Below, one piece after another: positions 59,019 through 64,000 of a stretch of 64,000 nt of DNA; the stretch's first letter is position 1, and every line of letters begins with the position of its first letter. Both the position numbers and the translations under genes were made by a program. This DNA is from a virus, in the IMG/VR virus record IMGVR_UViG_3300028558_000018, positions 32,001 through 96,000 of that record; one strand, 5' to 3'. Below the pieces are notes generated by a model. That model saw only the letters and a program-made list of their open reading frames with translations. It had not been told where the DNA came from and ran no database searches.

Positions 59019-60131
59019 TTAACCAAATTTAGCACGGTTTTTCCCAAATCCGGCGATAAGCCCCACAACGTCATCCATAGAGGCAAGTTCGTCCACTTCA
59101 AGAGCCTCTAATGTTCGTTGCTTTTGGGCGATAACCGCCAATTGTTTCCGTGACTCCTCGTGTTTAAAGGCTTCAAGAAGATGCAACATAGTCGCATTTT
59201 CTTGTTTGCGCTGATCTTGCCGTTCGTTTCTTGCCCCCACCAAACCTTCTTTCAATTTTTCAACGTGCTTTTTAGATTCTTTTAAGCTCTCTCTCATTTT
59301 AGCTACTTGATCTAAATCCGCGTAATTCAATTTTTTCGCCCCTTCCTCGGTAAGATTTTCATGAATTTTATCGTTATAAAGTTGAATCATTCTATCTAGT
59401 TGTGAGCAATTAACAATCTCCGCGCACAAAGAAATGTAGGAGTCTAATTCCTCTGGAAGTAAGTCGGGCTTATCATAAGTAAATGAAATATATTGACTTT
59501 CCATTAATTCCCTGTCAATATCCTTTACGAATCTATTTTGTTGCTGAATATATCTATAACTGCGAATATAGGTTAATAATGCTGTTAAATTCCTTAATTC
59601 GTCCGGCTTGATATTCTCGGCGTCTAAGAATTTTTTATTCTCCTTTTCTTTGCTCATTACGTAAGTATTAACTCTCGGGATAAGCCTCGCAATAGAAGTC
59701 ACAGGCTTATATTCCACATCACTAACGAGTTTATCTTCAGGAGCTATATAACAAGGATTAATTTCCACCAACGCATTGCACACCGCCCGATACTCGTTAC
59801 TAGCGAAAGTAATATTGATATTGGGCCAAATTAATTTCGCCAACTCCAGAGGCTTCGTGTCTGGATTATTTTTAATCAAAGTCCGCGCATCTTTATCAAT
59901 AAAAGGCAACCCCTTGGCATCTTTACTGGTTTTAATTTTCGCATCTGGATCAACATTATCGACTATCCATTTTTTAACCGCCCGCGCCTCGGCATTATGC
60001 CCATTAAGATTTGGATCGTTAAAAACTCGTTGAGTCAACGTTAATAAATCTAACCTATCCCAATGTTCGCGAATAGTTTGCTCTTGTTCGGGAGAGAACT
60101 TAATATGAGCCGATTTACTTGGTGTAGCCAT
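59019..60131 (-). CDS. Hypothetical helical protein (possible terminase small subunit by position)
   Basis: HTH-like N-terminus, coiled-coil C-terminus, upstream of TerL. Confidence 0.35.
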   Translation of the reverse strand: MATPSKSAHIKFSPEQEQTIREHWDRLDLLTLTQRVFNDPNLNGHNAEARAVKKWIVDNVDPDAKIKTSKDAKGLPFIDKDARTLIKNNPDTKPLELAKLIWPNINITFASNEYRAVCNALVEINPCYIAPEDKLVSDVEYKPVTSIARLIPRVNTYVMSKEKENKKFLDAENIKPDELRNLTALLTYIRSYRYIQQQNRFVKDIDRELMESQYISFTYDKPDLLPEELDSYISLCAEIVNCSQLDRMIQLYNDKIHENLTEEGAKKLNYADLDQVAKMRESLKESKKHVEKLKEGLVGARNERQDQRKQENATMLHLLEAFKHEESRKQLAVIAQKQRTLEALEVDELASMDDVVGLIAGFGKNRAKFG

Positions 60132-60133
60132 TT

Positions 60134-60385
60134 TTATTTAATTAAGCCGTGATATCGGGCAGATTTTATAATTTCTGGATGCTCCCACGGCATACAACCG
60201 GAGCTATCATTAATATCGTGCCATTGTTTATCCCCAAAAATCGCAAATGCCTTATATTGGACTTCTCCGCCTCGACGGGAACGTAATAGACAATACCAAT
60301 CCGTTCTATCGGGTCTATATCCCGTTATTTCTTTCCAAACGTAAAAATGGAATTTATCAATAATATATTTCAAACAAAATTTCAT
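60134..60385 (-). CDS. Hypothetical protein, 83 aa
   Basis: Tightly packed in operon. Confidence 0.55.
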   Translation of the reverse strand: MKFCLKYIIDKFHFYVWKEITGYRPDRTDWYCLLRSRRGGEVQYKAFAIFGDKQWHDINDSSGCMPWEHPEIIKSARYHGLIK

Positions 60386-60387
60386 AA

Positions 60388-61065
60388 TTATACTATATCT
60401 TCTTTGGTTAAAATCTTTTTAGCGGCTTCTAAAATAACGTCTTTATAATTCTTGATTTGACGATAGCCGGGTTTTCGCCCTTCTTCATTGGTTTTAAAAT
60501 TCATTTTTTCCGCCACATATTCATCGGTTTGATTTTCAATATATAGCATCTTAAATACTTGATACTGTGAGTGGTTAAGAATCTTTTTAAGTTCAATCTC
60601 CAAAAGCACTTTCGCGCCCTCTATATCAAAGAACTTACTTGAAATATTGCTCACTTCGTCAGTGTGATTCTCAATACTCACCGGAAGTTTAATGTCAAAT
60701 GCATGTTTTTTGCCCTTTGCCCAATTTTTAAACATTGGACACTCACTACATTGTTGATGAGAAGGAGTAAAACGACAAAACGTATCACCTTCATTGCCCG
60801 CGCACTTTACACAAGGTTTGGTTAAATTGGCATAAGAATCTCGAATGATATTGATCAGCGCCCGCGTAATTACTCTATTAACCCAAGGCGCGAAATCTCT
60901 TTGTTGGTCCCATTTAGAGAATTTTTTCCAAATATGGAGCCTAAGAGACTGCGAAACATCCTCAAATTCCAAATGGGTATATTTCCATTTATTGCGCCGC
61001 TTTCTTATTTCTCCATCGATGATTTTAGATAAGTCTTCATAGCGTTTGGGTAAAATGATTTCCAT
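60388..61065 (-). CDS. Phage sigma-70-family factor with Cys-rich insert
   Basis: FEDVSQ..RLHIWKKF..WD...F.PW..RVI....IN..RD (region 2); CVKC..C..CSEC insert; L...Q..VF.M.Y......YVAEKM (region 4). Confidence 0.75.
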   Translation of the reverse strand: MEIILPKRYEDLSKIIDGEIRKRRNKWKYTHLEFEDVSQSLRLHIWKKFSKWDQQRDFAPWVNRVITRALINIIRDSYANLTKPCVKCAGNEGDTFCRFTPSHQQCSECPMFKNWAKGKKHAFDIKLPVSIENHTDEVSNISSKFFDIEGAKVLLEIELKKILNHSQYQVFKMLYIENQTDEYVAEKMNFKTNEEGRKPGYRQIKNYKDVILEAAKKILTKEDIV

Positions 61066-61071
61066 ATAATA

Positions 61072-61542
61072 TTATTCGCCAACATCCGTTGCGATTTGTT
61101 TTCTCATACTTTGTTGAGCGTCGGCGAGAATTTTTTGCACGTCAAATTGCCCACCATTAGAACGTTCGCCCGCTTCTCTATCAACTGGCGCGGTTGCTAA
61201 TTCTTCAAACTTCATCTTGCGAGAGCTACCTTGAATTGATGCTTTGATTTCGAAAACTTCTGGCACAACATAATCTTCATTTTCAATTGGTTCGCCAAAT
61301 TCATCAAACATGGGGCGGCGAGTTCTCGGTTGCTGATAATATTGCGGGACAGACTTCGCTCTGGGGGTCTGTGTTTGGGGCTGAAAAACTTGGGCGGGGG
61401 CATTTGGCGTAATGATTTTCGCCGCGACACCTTTAAATGCCGAATCAAAAGGTTCGCCGCAGTGAGAACAGAATTTGGGTTTCATCCCTTCATAAGAAGT
61501 CGCCTTGGCGCAAGAAGAATTAGAACAGAATAGCTTAGACAT
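61072..61542 (-). CDS. Zinc-ribbon protein
   Basis: CSNSSC...PKFCSHCG; upstream TTGACG-N17-TAACAT. Confidence 0.6.
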   Translation of the reverse strand: MSKLFCSNSSCAKATSYEGMKPKFCSHCGEPFDSAFKGVAAKIITPNAPAQVFQPQTQTPRAKSVPQYYQQPRTRRPMFDEFGEPIENEDYVVPEVFEIKASIQGSSRKMKFEELATAPVDREAGERSNGGQFDVQKILADAQQSMRKQIATDVGE

Positions 61543-61602
61543 AATAGAATTGGTTATAAACTATGTTATAGAAATTTCATATAAGCGTCAAAATTAAACG
61601 CG

Positions 61603-61634
61603 AAAAAGGTGTAGCCCAATAATAGAGCTACACC
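61603..61634 (-). terminator. Intrinsic terminator
   Basis: GGTGTAGC/GCTACACC stem plus T5. Confidence 0.7.
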
Positions 61635-61670
61635 AATTTTGATATAGTGTGAAACTTAACTACTTGATAA

Positions 61671-61844
61671 TTAGAGCTTTTTTACGCCGTCTGAGACAGA
61701 TTTGGCGGCGGAAACCACCGAGCTAGTGACAGATTTTGCGGCGTCTAGCCCCGCGTTGATGCGTTTGGCATTTTTCTTTTCAACGAGAATACCAGCAGCG
61801 AAAGCGGTAGCGAGGGCGAGAACTGAGATAATGAATAGAGTCAT
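61671..61844 (-). CDS. Small single-TM protein, 57 aa (not in ORF track)
   Basis: MTLFIISVLALATAFAAGILVEKKNAKRINAGLDAAKSVTSSVVSAAKSVSDGVKKL; own late-type promoter (61872-61898) and terminator. Confidence 0.7.
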   Translation of the reverse strand: MTLFIISVLALATAFAAGILVEKKNAKRINAGLDAAKSVTSSVVSAAKSVSDGVKKL

Positions 61845-61915
61845 AGTAATATTGAGTTAAGGTTAAAATGAGATAACCACGATGAAGCTCATTGTGAAAT
61901 GTGACAAAATTGTAA

Positions 61916-62956
61916 TTATAGTGAATCAGTTTTTTTAAGCACGGCATCAATATGATCCATAGCTTTAACATCAGGAACAGTTGACCCGTCTTTCGTATAC
62001 TTAGTTTGCCACTCGCTTAACACGGGTGCGACTTCTTTAAATACTTCAGGTTTATTAACTTTGATATCTTGAATAGCACGGTAAGTATTTGATGCGGCGC
62101 GATTTGCAACAACTATATCATAAGCGACCCAAATAATTAAAATTGTAAACAGAACACACGCAACAGTTGTTATAACCCATTGAGGAATTAACACTATGCC
62201 AATTGCGATTCCCAAACTAACCGCCGCGCCGATGCCGAATTGTTTTTTCAACACGGGGGCAAATATTGCGGCGATGCCAAGAGCGATTCCCACAAAAGTA
62301 AATATTCCAATTAACCACATACGCTCTTTGTTTCTTGCTTCTTTACTTTTTAAGTCTTCGTTTTGCTGAGAGATAATTTTCCCATTGGCGTCATTTAATT
62401 TAGATTGTGCGGCACTAATTTTTTCATCGTTTATTTTCTCAATATCTTGCTTATCTTTAATAACTTGAGTAACTTTTTTAGTTTTTTCATCTAGCAATTT
62501 ATGCGCGGCCCCAGCTTCATCCAGAGTAGCATTTAATCTTTTTTGTAAATCTTCATTAGTTACCTTCGCAATATCCAGTTCTTTTTTTAACAATTCTTGT
62601 TGTTTTAACACTCCATCTACAGAAGGTTTAGGCCCAAATGCAGCGGCGGCAATGACATGAGTAGAAGCAATTTCTACGGGACGACTTTTAATAGTTTCTA
62701 CTTCTAAAGCTATTTGCGCGCCATATAATTCATCAGCATTTTGTTGGAAATTTCCTTCTAATTGTTCCATTTCGGAATCTTTCGCGGCGAGAATTTTTTG
62801 ATTAGCCAATTCTATATCATGTTGTTTCTTTTCAATGACCAAACTTAGTTCTTGCGCGGCTTTTGATTTTTCCACATAGCCCAATTTAGAACTAATAGAG
62901 TTACAACCGGAAAGAAGAACAAAAAAGCTAAATAAGATTATTTTTGATAAATTCAT
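61916..62956 (-). CDS. Lipoprotein with coiled coil and C-terminal TM helices (u-spanin-like)
   Basis: Lipobox LLSG-C, about 190 aa helical/coiled region, about 3 TM helices. Confidence 0.55.
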   Translation of the reverse strand: MNLSKIILFSFFVLLSGCNSISSKLGYVEKSKAAQELSLVIEKKQHDIELANQKILAAKDSEMEQLEGNFQQNADELYGAQIALEVETIKSRPVEIASTHVIAAAAFGPKPSVDGVLKQQELLKKELDIAKVTNEDLQKRLNATLDEAGAAHKLLDEKTKKVTQVIKDKQDIEKINDEKISAAQSKLNDANGKIISQQNEDLKSKEARNKERMWLIGIFTFVGIALGIAAIFAPVLKKQFGIGAAVSLGIAIGIVLIPQWVITTVACVLFTILIIWVAYDIVVANRAASNTYRAIQDIKVNKPEVFKEVAPVLSEWQTKYTKDGSTVPDVKAMDHIDAVLKKTDSL

Positions 62957-62967
62957 ATTATCAAATA

Positions 62968-63450
62968 TTAAACAATGGGCTTATCTGGTAAAACAGGTAA
63001 TGCCGTAATATAATTCTCTAAAGTAGGCTCAACTAATCCATTTTCTACCTTCGTGCGAAAATTATCCGCCGCCGTCCATTCCGCAGAACGAGCGTTGAAA
63101 CCAGCGGTTCCCTCGGCGTTAAATCTTGGGTTTAAATCTCCTTTATAAGAAACTAATGAAACTATATCATCGTAGCCCCAAGATTTTGCTAAAGCATCTA
63201 AACGGTTTTGAGAGTAATTTTCGCACGTAATAACTAGCTGTCGCATGAAATCTTCAGATGATTGAACAACGGGGGCGGGCGTCCATCCTGCGGCAAGTTG
63301 AGTAGAAACCCATATTTTAACGTTTTCTTCTGTGCTAGGTTCGTAACCAGAAGGACACAAATTAGCATAAGTTTTTGCTATAAGCGTTTGTGGATTTGGG
63401 TTTTTTTGTATAAAAAGTGGCATAGGATTAACCTCCAAGTATAAAGACAT
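62968..63450 (-). CDS. Tail fibre assembly chaperone-like protein
   Basis: Q.RLD..AK..GYD.I.S..SY.....F.AEG....AR...W motif; follows fibre gene. Confidence 0.65.
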   Translation of the reverse strand: MSLYLEVNPMPLFIQKNPNPQTLIAKTYANLCPSGYEPSTEENVKIWVSTQLAAGWTPAPVVQSSEDFMRQLVITCENYSQNRLDALAKSWGYDDIVSLVSYKGDLNPRFNAEGTAGFNARSAEWTAADNFRTKVENGLVEPTLENYITALPVLPDKPIV

Positions 63451-64000
63451 TACGGACTATTGATATACGATGTTGTGCAGCATCAGCGCCGTTAGTAATA
63501 TTCAGAACAACGTTATTATCACCATTATTGCCTATAGTTGTGGGCGCTCCGGCTGCTCCGCTCCAAAGAAGTGTGTTAAATTTTCCATAAACCGAAACAT
63601 TCCCACCACTTATTGTCATGTAAGCTCCAGACATATTGACGGTATCAACACCCGTATCAGTTTGTGTGAGTGTTGTTCCGTCGTGGGCAACCACCCACAT
63701 ACGGGCATTTCTAAATTCAAGAACAACACCCCTAGTAGCGGGTTGCCCAAACCCCAGTGGTTTAATTCCTATTCTAAATATACCGTTTGCTGTCTGAAAA
63801 ACGTAATACCAAGAGAAAAATAATGTTATAGGTTTGGTCCAATCAACACCTGAATTAGAACCCGCCCCCGCCACACTTGCATTTGTGAATGAGACAAAGC
63901 TCATTCCCGTTGTGCTCGTAGAATTGGCCGTTGTTCCGCTTTGCAGGTTTATATCGCCCGCAACTCCAGCGCCACACGATGCGGTGCCAGTATTAGTGGG
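63428..64000 (-). CDS. Tail fibre, C-terminal part (runs off window end)
   Basis: Frame open from 64000 into the 63904 ORF; lectin-like beta pattern; upstream of chaperone. Confidence 0.6.
   Translation of the reverse strand, partial: PTNTGTASCGAGVAGDINLQSGTTANSTSTTGMSFVSFTNASVAGAGSNSGVDWTKPITLFFSWYYVFQTANGIFRIGIKPLGFGQPATRGVVLEFRNARMWVVAHDGTTLTQTDTGVDTVNMSGAYMTISGGNVSVYGKFNTLLWSGAAGAPTTIGNNGDNNVVLNITNGADAAQHRISIVRNVFILGG

Noticed and set aside
1-64000. CRISPR array, reverse transcriptase/DGR, integrase, tail sheath, stop-codon recoding
   Set aside because: No repeat-spacer array or relevant motifs seen; genes are full length under the standard code

Overview
A 64-kb segment of a large, AT-rich tailed dsDNA phage genome with siphovirus-like architecture (tail tube and tape measure, no sheath seen), read with the standard code and with few Shine-Dalgarno sites. 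Left arm (- strand, 1-13.6 kb): ferritin-like gene, BFD-like ferredoxin, DUF6580/S-component-like membrane protein, class II (B12) ribonucleotide reductase, and a nucleotide-sugar/glycosyltransferase cluster interleaved with three YopX genes, followed by a Tad1-like anti-Thoeris sponge and tRNA-Gln(UUG). Back-to-back promoters at ~13.6 kb start a + strand arm (13.6-27.5 kb): HNH gene, ~550 nt of structured non-coding sequence with its own promoter, a sigma-like gene, GT4/GT9/GT2 glycosyltransferases, SSB, a single-strand annealing protein and fibre/mucin-like proteins. The - strand from 27.5 to 64 kb holds the morphogenesis module (tail tip, TMP, chaperones, tube, neck, MCP, decoration, protease/scaffold, portal, TerL), an ERCC4-type nuclease, a second sigma factor, a u-spanin-like lipoprotein and a tail fibre. 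Best leads: (1) a candidate virion-glycosylation system, i.e. a phage sugar pathway plus about 7 GTs together with strong Ser/Thr-Gly enrichment concentrated in outer virion proteins; (2) the large structured ncRNA next to the HNH gene; (3) a phage-specific promoter TTCAC-N15-GKGTAAT found about 14 times and a second, leaderless promoter class, matching the two phage sigma factors. Protein calls come from motif recognition and synteny; no database searches were run.
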